A stretch of 64,000 nucleotides of DNA from Synechococcales cyanobacterium M55_K2018_004 (lineage in GTDB: Bacteria; Cyanobacteriota; Cyanobacteriia; Elainellales; Elainellaceae), in NCBI GenBank assembly GCA_015295905.1, contig DVEB01000303.1, forward strand, positions 2,043 to 66,042. Reading direction: 5' to 3'. This document shows, in pieces, positions 1 to 7,227 of the stretch. The notes below the pieces were generated by a model. It was not told the origin of the DNA and did not search any database. It saw only the letters and a program-made list of their open reading frames with translations. The translations under genes and the position numbers were made by a program. The first letter of the stretch is position 1. Each line of letters begins with the position of its first letter.

Positions 1-629
1 AGCGCACCATAACCATTCAACGTGCCTGCAAACACTTCACTGCCAATGGTCTTTTCGACAGGCAGCGATTCTCCGGTAATGGCCGCTTCGTTGAGCGCTG
101 TCTCGCCTTCTACAATCACCCCATCGGTGGGGATGAGTTCCCCCGGTTTCACCCGGATGCGATCGCCCACCTGCACCTCAGACACAGGGACTATCCGCTC
201 CTGGCCATGCAACACCAGCCGCGCCGTATCGGCAGTCAGGCTCATCAGGCCACGAATGCTCCGTTCAGTCCGTTGCATCGCATAGCTCTCCAGCGCACCG
301 CTCACCGCAAAGATCAAGATGAGGATGGCGCCATCCACTATTAAATAGTATTCCCGTCGCCACAGCCCCAGAAAAGCAGCTCCGAGAGCGGCAACAATCA
401 TTAACAGATCAACATCCAGTTCTTTCTCTTTAACCAGAGTTGTCAGACCTTCGCGGGCACTGTCAAATCCACCAATGATATAAGCCGCTGGAAGCAACAG
501 TAGTGCCAGTCCCAACCCGTTGAACTGCAACGCCGCCCAACCAGCGAGAACTAGGAGTCCACACAGAACCGCAGCGATCGCATCGGGATGGTCGTGAACC
601 ACGCGAGAAAACCGGGCAGAGTCGAGCAT
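1..629 (-). CDS. coaT: Heavy-metal translocating P1B-type ATPase, N-terminal part (gene continues past window start); CoaT-like by synteny with coaR
   Basis: Absent from the ORF track because it runs off the window. Reverse-strand ATG at 629-627 gives MLDSARFSRVVHDHPDAIAAVLCGLLVLAGW... Four hydrophobic helices are followed by actuator-domain motifs VGDRIRVKPGELIPTDGVIVEGETALNEAAITGESLPVEK...FAGTLNGYGAL. It is divergent from a CoaR-type regulator. The metal-specificity motif (CPC/SPC) lies outside the window. Confidence 0.75.
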   Translation of the reverse strand, partial: MLDSARFSRVVHDHPDAIAAVLCGLLVLAGWAALQFNGLGLALLLLPAAYIIGGFDSAREGLTTLVKEKELDVDLLMIVAALGAAFLGLWRREYYLIVDGAILILIFAVSGALESYAMQRTERSIRGLMSLTADTARLVLHGQERIVPVSEVQVGDRIRVKPGELIPTDGVIVEGETALNEAAITGESLPVEKTIGSEVFAGTLNGYGA

Positions 630-655
630 CAGCAATCAAAAATAACGATTTCCTC

Positions 656-687
656 AGCCTAAACCTTGACATTGATGTCAAAGTCAA
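656..687 (-). promoter_or_regulatory. Candidate MerR-type promoter for the ATPase gene: -35 TTGACT, 19-20 bp spacer holding a 7-2-7 palindrome, weak -10 TAGGCT
   Basis: Reverse strand reads TTGACT-ttgacatcaatgtcaaggt(t)-TAGGCT about 27 nt upstream of the ATG at 629. TTGACATtgATGTCAA (666-681) is a perfect inverted repeat inside the over-long spacer, which is the hallmark architecture of MerR-family promoters. Confidence 0.4.
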
Positions 688-787
688 GCGAGAAAGTGCG
701 ATAGAGTGGGGGGTAGTTTATTGCTAGTGGGATGAGCAAGGATATTGGCTGCTCTGGGGCACCGAGAAAATTGAAATTCTTGCTGCT

Positions 788-896
788 CCATTACAGATTG
801 CTGGTATTGAACTGCCAGCCTAACGTACCTCTCCGTAGGTGTGGGAGTAGTCAGTGAACCATTACAGATTGCTGGTATTGAACCGCCAGCCTAACG
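788..896 (+). repeat. Two copies of a 38-bp direct repeat (788-825 and 859-896, one mismatch, period 71 bp) in the coaT-coaR intergenic region
   Basis: ccattacagattgctggtattgaac(t/c)gccagcctaacg occurs twice. The second copy ends 3 nt before the coaR ATG at 900. Confidence 0.9.
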
Positions 897-899
897 CCT

Positions 900-2048
900 A
901 TGAAAGCATTGACGATTAAAGAACTGACCACTGTCGTTGGCTCAGGCATTACCCCTCGCATGGTGCGGCACTATCACCAGTTGGGTCTGCTGCCGCAGCC
1001 AGAGCGATCGCCCAGCAATTATCGCCTCTACGGCGAAGCGGACGTGCAACGGCTGAAACGAATTGTGGCCCTGAAGCAGCAGGGCTTTCAGCTTTCTCAT
1101 ATCGCCAAGTTACTGGAAGCCGATACCCAACAAGAGACACCGGAAGCGCTGCTCAGTCAGTTCCAGCGGCAGTATCAATCAGTGATTCAACAGATAGTGC
1201 AGTTGCGACAAACAGCCTCAGCCCTCGAAAGGCTGTTGGGCAGAGACCAGGAATGTCAGGCTACACAAGCGGAGGTTCTTGCCCGCTTAAAACAGCTCGA
1301 GGCCCAGGCTCAGTCACACCTCAGCAGTCTAGAGCACAACGATTTTGCTCACCTCTGGGAGGCGATGGATGCAGACGTTCATGCCCATCCTGAGGCCTTT
1401 CAAGAATCCTTGCGGCGGTTGTTACCAGATTTGAGCGATCGCTCTGAAATTGAAGTAGACCTGCTCTCACACCTGGTATTGGCCTGTGGAGATGTGAGTC
1501 TGGTGTCGTTTGTGCGGCTGAGCCGGGGGACGGTGAGCGGGGAAAAGCATGATGGAGCGATCGCCTCTGGCCGCCATGCACTGAAAGCTGGGTGTCCCAT
1601 CATTACCGATGTCCCAATGGTGGCTGCGGCGCTGGACCAGACCCGGCTTCATCATCTGGGCAGTACAATCACCATCCTCATCGATGACCCCCACATCACC
1701 AGTGCCACGGAGGCAGAGCAAGCATTTTGGCAGCAAAAAACCTGGCAGACTCGAGTTACGGATTGTCTACCGGGTAGCATTTTTGTCATTGGTTATGCCC
1801 CCTCAGTCCTCCTCACAATTTGCGAGGCCGCTCACCAGCATCAAATTCAACCGGCCCTAGTCATTGGGATGCCGATTGGCTTCAGCCATGCCCCAATTGC
1901 CAAACGCAAGTTAATGCAATCCGGAATTCCCCACATCACCATCGAAGGGCCAATCGGGGGTGGGCTACTAGCAGCGACCGCACTCAACTCCCTCGTGGAG
2001 ACCCTCCTTGAAAAACCTAACTGCCATTGTTATCTCACGCTGACCTAG
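900..2048 (+). CDS. coaR: CoaR-type regulator: N-terminal MerR HTH, C-terminal precorrin-8X methylmutase (CbiC/CobH)-like domain, terminal Cys-His-Cys
   Basis: The N-terminus LTIKELTTVVGSGITPRMVRHYHQLGLLPQPERSPSNYRLYGEADVQRLKRIVALKQQGF is MerR-like. The C-terminal half has IITDVPMVAAAL...VIGYAPSVLL...VIGMPIGFSHAPIAKRKL...GPIGGGLLAATALNSL, which is CobH/CbiC-like. The tail is EKPNCHCYLTLT. Domain order, length (382 aa) and divergent ATPase match what is described for Synechocystis CoaR. Confidence 0.8.
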   Translation: MKALTIKELTTVVGSGITPRMVRHYHQLGLLPQPERSPSNYRLYGEADVQRLKRIVALKQQGFQLSHIAKLLEADTQQETPEALLSQFQRQYQSVIQQIVQLRQTASALERLLGRDQECQATQAEVLARLKQLEAQAQSHLSSLEHNDFAHLWEAMDADVHAHPEAFQESLRRLLPDLSDRSEIEVDLLSHLVLACGDVSLVSFVRLSRGTVSGEKHDGAIASGRHALKAGCPIITDVPMVAAALDQTRLHHLGSTITILIDDPHITSATEAEQAFWQQKTWQTRVTDCLPGSIFVIGYAPSVLLTICEAAHQHQIQPALVIGMPIGFSHAPIAKRKLMQSGIPHITIEGPIGGGLLAATALNSLVETLLEKPNCHCYLTLT

Positions 2049-2240
2049 CAAAAGTATCGTAGCAATTTGATATACAGTTGTTCTCTGATTACCGACAGAC
2101 TATTAATCTTCACTGCAAATCCTGGACATTGACAGAGGCTTCTTGGCTTACATCTCTACCGGTCATCCCACCACATCACAACGCTGTCCCTCTGTTAGCT
2201 CAAACCTTGCTACAGTGAGAAGGTCCCGTGATGAATTTTT

Positions 2241-3224
2241 ATGACGATTCTCTGGCTTTTTCTTGCAGTGATACTTGGGCTGGCAGCCCTCTACTTCGTC
2301 AGTGCCCGTCGCTATCAGTCGGGCGATTCAGTGGCGATCGCCTACGACCAGTGGACACAAGATGGCATTCTTGAGTTCTACTGGGGTGAGCATATCCATT
2401 TAGGTCATTACGGTTCGCCTCCCCAAGCTAAGGACTTCCGCACAGCAAAAGTCGATTTTGTGCATGAGATGGTGCGCTGGGGCGAGCTAGACAAACTGCC
2501 GAGAGGGAGCACCGTCCTCGATGTGGGATGTGGCATCGGTGGGAGCAGTCGCATCCTGGCCAAAGATTATGGGTTTCAAGTCACGGGCATCACCATCAGT
2601 CCAGCACAGGTGAAGCGAGCACAGGAATTAACGCCCCCTGAAGTTTCAGCCCAATTTCAGGTGGATGATGCCATGAACCTGTCCTTTCCCGACGCCAGCT
2701 TTGATGTGGTGTGGTGCATCGAGGCGGGACCTCATATGCCCGACAAAGCGATTTTTGCAAAGGAACTGATGCGCGTCCTCAAGCCAGGCGGTATTCTTGT
2801 TGTGGCCGACTGGAACCAACGAGATGCCCGCCAGCACCCCCTCAACCGATGGGAGCGTTGGGTCATGCGCCAGTTGCTAGACCAGTGGGCACATCCCGAA
2901 TTTGCTAGCATTGAGGGCTTTGCCGAACTGCTGGAAGCCACTGGACTGACAGAGGGCGGCATCAAAACCGCGGATTGGACTCAGGAAACCCTACCCTCCT
3001 GGTTAGACTCTATCTGGGAAGGCATCAAACGCCCTAAAGGACTCATCACCTTTGGAGTTACTGGTTTCATTAAATCGCTACGAGAAGTGCCCACGCTTTT
3101 GCTCATGCGTCTAGCATTTGGCACGGGACTTTGTCGGTTTGGGATGTTTCGTGCAGTTCGTAAAGAACTATCTACTTCAGCAATGTCCGATTCCAACTCC
3201 GATTCCAAACCAGTTATTGTTTAA
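2241..3224 (+). CDS. SAM-dependent methyltransferase of the Sll0418 / gamma-tocopherol methyltransferase family (MPBQ/MSBQ methyltransferase-like)
   Basis: N-terminal TM helix, then AYDQWTQDGILEFYWGEHIHLGHYG...VLDVGCGIGGSSRILAKDYGFQVTGITISPAQVKRAQELTPP...LKPGGILVVADWNQRD. As I recall it, this is near-collinear with the Synechocystis Sll0418 sequence. Confidence 0.75.
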   Translation: MTILWLFLAVILGLAALYFVSARRYQSGDSVAIAYDQWTQDGILEFYWGEHIHLGHYGSPPQAKDFRTAKVDFVHEMVRWGELDKLPRGSTVLDVGCGIGGSSRILAKDYGFQVTGITISPAQVKRAQELTPPEVSAQFQVDDAMNLSFPDASFDVVWCIEAGPHMPDKAIFAKELMRVLKPGGILVVADWNQRDARQHPLNRWERWVMRQLLDQWAHPEFASIEGFAELLEATGLTEGGIKTADWTQETLPSWLDSIWEGIKRPKGLITFGVTGFIKSLREVPTLLLMRLAFGTGLCRFGMFRAVRKELSTSAMSDSNSDSKPVIV

Positions 3225-3234
3225 TGCAAAGTAA

Positions 3235-3360
3235 CTAGCGTGAATTCTGGATACGCTGAAACCCTTGCTGTTCTGTGCGCGTCGCGCACGGAACAGCAAG
3301 AATTTTAGGGCACCGCGCCTGGCACGGTGCCCCAAAACCCTTTTAACTAAAACTAACATA
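3235..3360 (+). repeat. Family-1 MITE-like element (L motif, two hairpins, R motif)
   Basis: L motif ctagcgtgaattctggatacgctgaaaccc. Hairpin CTTGCTGTTCtGTGCGCG/CGCGCACgGAACAGCAAG (3264-3300). Hairpin TTTTAGGGCACCG/CGGTGCCCcAAAA (3303-3337). R motif cttttaactaaaactaaca. Related copies lie at 8371-8558, 18801-18921 and 51206-51340. Confidence 0.8.
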
Positions 3361-3365
3361 TTTAT

Positions 3366-3400
3366 CATATTCACATTCATTGGCCATATTCACATTCATT
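3366..3400 (+). repeat. 16-bp perfect direct repeat catattcacattcatt x2 (3366-3381, 3385-3400) abutting the start codon at 3406
   Basis: Read directly from the sequence. The period is 19 bp and a third partial unit (cattcac) follows. Confidence 0.9.
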
Positions 3401-3405
3401 CACCC

Positions 3406-4782
3406 ATGCATCGAGCGATTTCCTTACTCCTGAGCCTGCTTTCCATCACAAGCGGTGTTGCAGTTGTGATGCTGGGAGACGCCCTGTGTCCCACCCAGGC
3501 GCAGGCTGCCGACTTTGGGCAACCAGGGCAGGATGGGTTGGATGGACGACCAGGACGACCAGGACGAGATGGTGGCGATCGCTCCCTACGGGTGGATGGC
3601 TTCGAGCAGCGGCTCGATATGGCAGGTGAAAACGGCACCGCGGGTGAAGATGGGGATAACGGGCGATCGGCGTTTTGTGGCGTACAACCCCGTCAGGTCA
3701 GCCGCAACTTGCAGGCTCCCCATGGAGGGCGGGGCGGCAACGGCGGCAACGGCGGTAATGGTGGCAACGGTGGCGATTTGACCCTCTACTATACCGACCT
3801 CAGCGATCTGCGGCGCATTTATGTCAATGCAGCAGGCGGAGAAGGTGGGCGCGGTGGGCGCGGCGGTTACGGTGGTCGAGGGTGCATTTGCCAGATCCGC
3901 CAGTGGGAGGTGCAAACCTGTAGCGGTGTTCCTGGTAGCCCTAATTATCGCTGCACAGCTCAGCGGTTTGGTTGCACCGATGGCCGCAATGGAGATCCAG
4001 GAGCGCATGGGCGTGATGGCCAACGAGGCAGACTGGGAGTACTTTCTATCGTGAACTCACCGCAACCCCTCGCCCCCGACATGCCATCGCTGAGCGCGGC
4101 GATCGCCAGTTTGGTCAACCGTCCAGTCATGCTCTCTAAAAACCTGTGGGCACTTCGACGCGGGGCGGCGGGTCTGCTGGCTCCCGGTTCCACGATTGCC
4201 GATGAATACCGGGAATTTATCGGACGGTTGGAGGAAAATTTTCAACTCGTCTGGGCAGCGGCGCAATCGCCCCAGGAATTGAGCAATGCTGTGGTGACGC
4301 TGCAACTTCAAGACGACCGCCAGATTACTGTGATGTCTCCAGCGGATGTCTGGTTGAGCGGCACAACTAGCCAGCAGGCAGGGCTCACCACCTACACCGT
4401 TGCCGCAGTGGTGCGGCGTGAAGAAGCAACTCGGCTGGCGATCGCCAGTGTGACCGGACACAGTGCCAACCTGCAAGTGGCGATCGTTGACCTAGCAGGG
4501 CGTTCAGACCTGCTTTCCACCCAGTTTCGCCTGCGGTATCGCGTGGATGAGCCGGGGGGCGATCGCGCCCCCAATTTCCGCACTGTGTTTAACGGCGAAG
4601 TACCAGCTACCCTTGTCTCCCGCGAGTTCAATCGGTTTACAGTCAACGTTGGGCAACTCCCGATCAATAGTCGCTATCTTGCACCTGGAAACACAGTACG
4701 CTTGGAAATGACGGCAGTGCGATCGCTGGGGGGACGCTCTGCAGACCAACAGTTAGAGTGGCGCGGCAGACTTCGACGGTAA
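3406..4782 (+). CDS. Secreted Gly-rich protein with short collagen-like G-X-Y runs, GGN repeats and a Cys-rich knot, plus a roughly 270-aa C-terminal domain of unknown function
   Basis: The start is placed at MHRAISLLLSLLSITSGVAVVMLGDALCPTQAQA (signal peptide). The track's upstream extension from 3265 reads through the repeat element. Motifs: GQPGQDGLDGRPGRPGRDGGD, GGRGGNGGNGGNGGNGG, GGEGGRGGRGGYGGRGCIC, GRNGDPGAHGRDGQRG. Confidence 0.7.
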   Translation: MHRAISLLLSLLSITSGVAVVMLGDALCPTQAQAADFGQPGQDGLDGRPGRPGRDGGDRSLRVDGFEQRLDMAGENGTAGEDGDNGRSAFCGVQPRQVSRNLQAPHGGRGGNGGNGGNGGNGGDLTLYYTDLSDLRRIYVNAAGGEGGRGGRGGYGGRGCICQIRQWEVQTCSGVPGSPNYRCTAQRFGCTDGRNGDPGAHGRDGQRGRLGVLSIVNSPQPLAPDMPSLSAAIASLVNRPVMLSKNLWALRRGAAGLLAPGSTIADEYREFIGRLEENFQLVWAAAQSPQELSNAVVTLQLQDDRQITVMSPADVWLSGTTSQQAGLTTYTVAAVVRREEATRLAIASVTGHSANLQVAIVDLAGRSDLLSTQFRLRYRVDEPGGDRAPNFRTVFNGEVPATLVSREFNRFTVNVGQLPINSRYLAPGNTVRLEMTAVRSLGGRSADQQLEWRGRLRR

Positions 4783-4898
4783 TTAGTGATCATGCAGCAC
4801 AGTGAGCAAGTGGAGAAGACGTAGTGCTGCCCTCACCGGCCTAGCCCCAATCTCAGTGTTACATCTGATAAACAACGGGGAAACTTAAGTCCTAAGGC

Positions 4899-4989
4899 TT
4901 CTGACAGAACTAAAGGTATTCACTTTTTTGTGAGTGGACGGCTCTGCAGCCCACTCACAAAAAAGTCAGTCAAGTTATGCTTGTCAGGA
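4899..4989 (+). repeat. Family-3 MITE-like element with TTCTGAC-type terminal inverted repeats and a 14-bp internal stem
   Basis: Stem TTTTTTGTGAGTGG (4924-4937) / CCACTCACAAAAAA (4951-4964). About 75-80% identical by eye over roughly 70 nt to 18597-18669. Termini are ttctgacag / ttgtcagga. Confidence 0.7.
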
Positions 4990-5018
4990 CCCTAACAGGC
5001 TATGAAGTTCAGGGATAA

Positions 5019-6995
5019 ATGTCGTCCAAAAATCACCTCGCCATGAAGTTGCTAAAGGAATTCCGAGCAATCAGATGTCTCTTGGTGGCCATCGCTTTCA
5101 TTATCTTTTACTACGGTGTTGCAAAGGCTGGCATGTCTCTTGCTCTGCCCATCCCTCCGGGTAACGTCACTCCGGTCTGGCTCCCCTCTCCCCTCGCTTG
5201 GACGGCAATATTCTGGTTTGGCTACTGGCTGACTCCTGCGATCTGGATTGCCGATTTTGTTGTCAGTACTCCTAGTTACTACGAGGCTAGTCAAGACTTG
5301 GGTCGGGCGATCGCTGTCGGTAGTATTATTGCTGTAGGAGCCACTCTAGAAGCAGGTTTAGGCAACGTCTTACTGTGTCGCTTAATCGGAAAGAAGTATC
5401 CCTTCAATTGTTCTATCGACGTCTTTAAGTTTATCTTGATTGCACTAATCAGTGCCGCTTGCAATTCATTCATTGGAGTCACAACTCTGTGTACATTCGG
5501 AATTTCAGATTGGATTGATTTTACTTCTGTTTGGCTGACTTGGTGGATAGGCAATGCCATTACATTGATCATTCTTATGCCAATGTTACTTTCCTGGCAT
5601 CAAATTATCCAATTTCGTCCTCGTAAATGGCAGCTTATCGAGATTTCTCTATTTTTAGCAACGTTATTAAGTATTGGGAAGTTAGCTTTTGGCCTGGGTT
5701 TTCCAGTAGAATACCTGCTAGTACCCTGTCTTGTTTGGGCAGCTTTTCGTTTTGGTCAAATTGGTGCAACAACTGGGATTGTTCTTGTAACAGGGGTAGC
5801 AATTTGGGGGACAGTGCAGGGCCGTGGTTCGTTTATTCGAGAGGATCTGAATGAGTCGCTGATCCTGCTTCAGACCTTCATGGGGGCGATCGCCATCACC
5901 ACCTTAATGATGGTGGCAGTGTTAGAAGAACGTCGTCAGTCAAGGCTTGATCTACTCCATGCCAATGAACAACTAGCGCTGCGGATTGAAGAACGGACAC
6001 AAGCCCTAAATGCACTGCAACACGCCAATGACCAACTTCTGGTGGAAGTGGCGGAGCGGAAGCAAACCGAGGAAACGCTACGGCGCTCGGAAGCACGGTT
6101 GCGCGACAAGACACAGCAGCTAGAGGAAACGCTGCAAGATTTGACCGAAACCCAAGCACAACTGGTACAAACCGAGAAGATGTCGAGCCTGGGTCAGCTT
6201 TTAGCGGGGGTAGCCCATGAAATTAATAACCCAATTAACTTCATCGCAGGCAACCTAGGACATGTGCAGCAATATACGGAAGATCTGCTAGGGTTTGTCA
6301 ATCTCTGCTTGCGGCACAACCCTTCGTCAAATGCTGAAATTCAAGCAGAGGCTGACGCAATTGATCTGGAATTTTTAATGGAGGATATGCCAAAGATCCT
6401 CAATTCCATGAAAATAGGCACCGATCGCATCCAGAAAATTGTTTTGTCATTGCGAAATTTCTCTCGTACTGATAGCAGTGATATCGAAGCAGTGAACCTG
6501 CATGACGGCATCGACAACACCTTATTGATCCTGCAGCATCGTATCAAAGCCACTTCAAATCGACCAGCGATTCGGATTGTGAAACAGTACGGCGATTTAC
6601 CCTTGGTTGAGTGTTTTATCGGGCAGTTAAACCAGGTGTTTATGAATATCCTGGCAAATTCGATTGATGCCCTAGAAAGCAACCTTGCCACCCTAGCAGA
6701 GGAGCCAACAATTACGATTACAACCCAGGTGATGGAAGGCGATCGCGTCCAAATTTGCCTCGCAGACAATGGCCCCGGCATGGATGAGATCACCCATGCC
6801 AGACTATTTGAACCCTTCTATACCACCAAGCCTGTTGGTAAAGGCACTGGTTTAGGGTTATCCATCAGCCACCAGATTATTACCGAGAAACATCATGGTT
6901 CCCTGACCTGTATTTCAGAACCAGGGAAAGGAGCTATGTTTGTGATTGAGCTACCCATCCATCAAACGGCAAAGCAGCCTGTAGCAGTCGGATAG
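5019..6995 (+). CDS. Sensor histidine kinase with N-terminal MASE1 membrane domain, coiled coil, HisKA-like and HATPase_c domains
   Basis: Multi-TM N-terminus with ...FGLGFPVEYLLVPCLVWAAFRFGQ (MASE1-like). H-box EKMSSLGQLLAGVAHEINNPINF. N/G boxes NILANSIDAL, DNGPGM and GKGTGLGLSISHQI. Confidence 0.85.
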   Translation: MSSKNHLAMKLLKEFRAIRCLLVAIAFIIFYYGVAKAGMSLALPIPPGNVTPVWLPSPLAWTAIFWFGYWLTPAIWIADFVVSTPSYYEASQDLGRAIAVGSIIAVGATLEAGLGNVLLCRLIGKKYPFNCSIDVFKFILIALISAACNSFIGVTTLCTFGISDWIDFTSVWLTWWIGNAITLIILMPMLLSWHQIIQFRPRKWQLIEISLFLATLLSIGKLAFGLGFPVEYLLVPCLVWAAFRFGQIGATTGIVLVTGVAIWGTVQGRGSFIREDLNESLILLQTFMGAIAITTLMMVAVLEERRQSRLDLLHANEQLALRIEERTQALNALQHANDQLLVEVAERKQTEETLRRSEARLRDKTQQLEETLQDLTETQAQLVQTEKMSSLGQLLAGVAHEINNPINFIAGNLGHVQQYTEDLLGFVNLCLRHNPSSNAEIQAEADAIDLEFLMEDMPKILNSMKIGTDRIQKIVLSLRNFSRTDSSDIEAVNLHDGIDNTLLILQHRIKATSNRPAIRIVKQYGDLPLVECFIGQLNQVFMNILANSIDALESNLATLAEEPTITITTQVMEGDRVQICLADNGPGMDEITHARLFEPFYTTKPVGKGTGLGLSISHQIITEKHHGSLTCISEPGKGAMFVIELPIHQTAKQPVAVG

Positions 6996-7005
6996 TGGGA
7001 ACGAA

Positions 7006-7050
7006 GATATTTTGCGCGCATGAAGTGTCTCGCAAAATATCCATTTTCAA
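7006..7050 (+). terminator. Putative intrinsic terminator after the kinase gene
   Basis: Perfect 11-bp stem GATATTTTGCG (7006-7016) / CGCAAAATATC (7031-7041) followed by caTTTTc, starting 11 nt after the stop at 6995. Confidence 0.45.
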
Positions 7051-7227
7051 GTCGCTACGTTTTCAAGTCGCTACGATGGCCGTAGCACTGCTCTGGGCGC
7101 TCGTCCATGGCTCAAACAGATCCCTGATCTCATGGTGTTGACTCAGAAATCGGCAGCAGCACTCCAGAGAGTGGTGCTCCAAAACGCTCTGAACCAGAAC
7201 TGACGTTAGATTAGGTGAGCGATCGCC

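Noticed and set aside
22-687. Track ORFs 22-285 (+) and 463-687 (-)
   Set aside because: Both overlap the reverse-strand P-type ATPase reading frame, whose translation shows canonical actuator-domain motifs. Their own translations are low-complexity (Ser/Pro/Arg-rich) and motif-free, so they are shadow ORFs.
3265-3405. N-terminal extension of the Gly-rich protein ORF (track start 3265)
   Set aside because: The extension is translated straight through the family-1 hairpin repeat and an AT-rich direct repeat. A clean signal peptide begins at Met 3406.
3396-4749. Long antisense and out-of-frame ORFs inside the Gly-rich gene (e.g. 3586-4023, 4057-4476, 4392-4667)
   Set aside because: GC-rich repetitive GGN/GGC coding DNA lacks stops in several frames. 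The translations are Ala/Pro/Arg-rich with no motifs.
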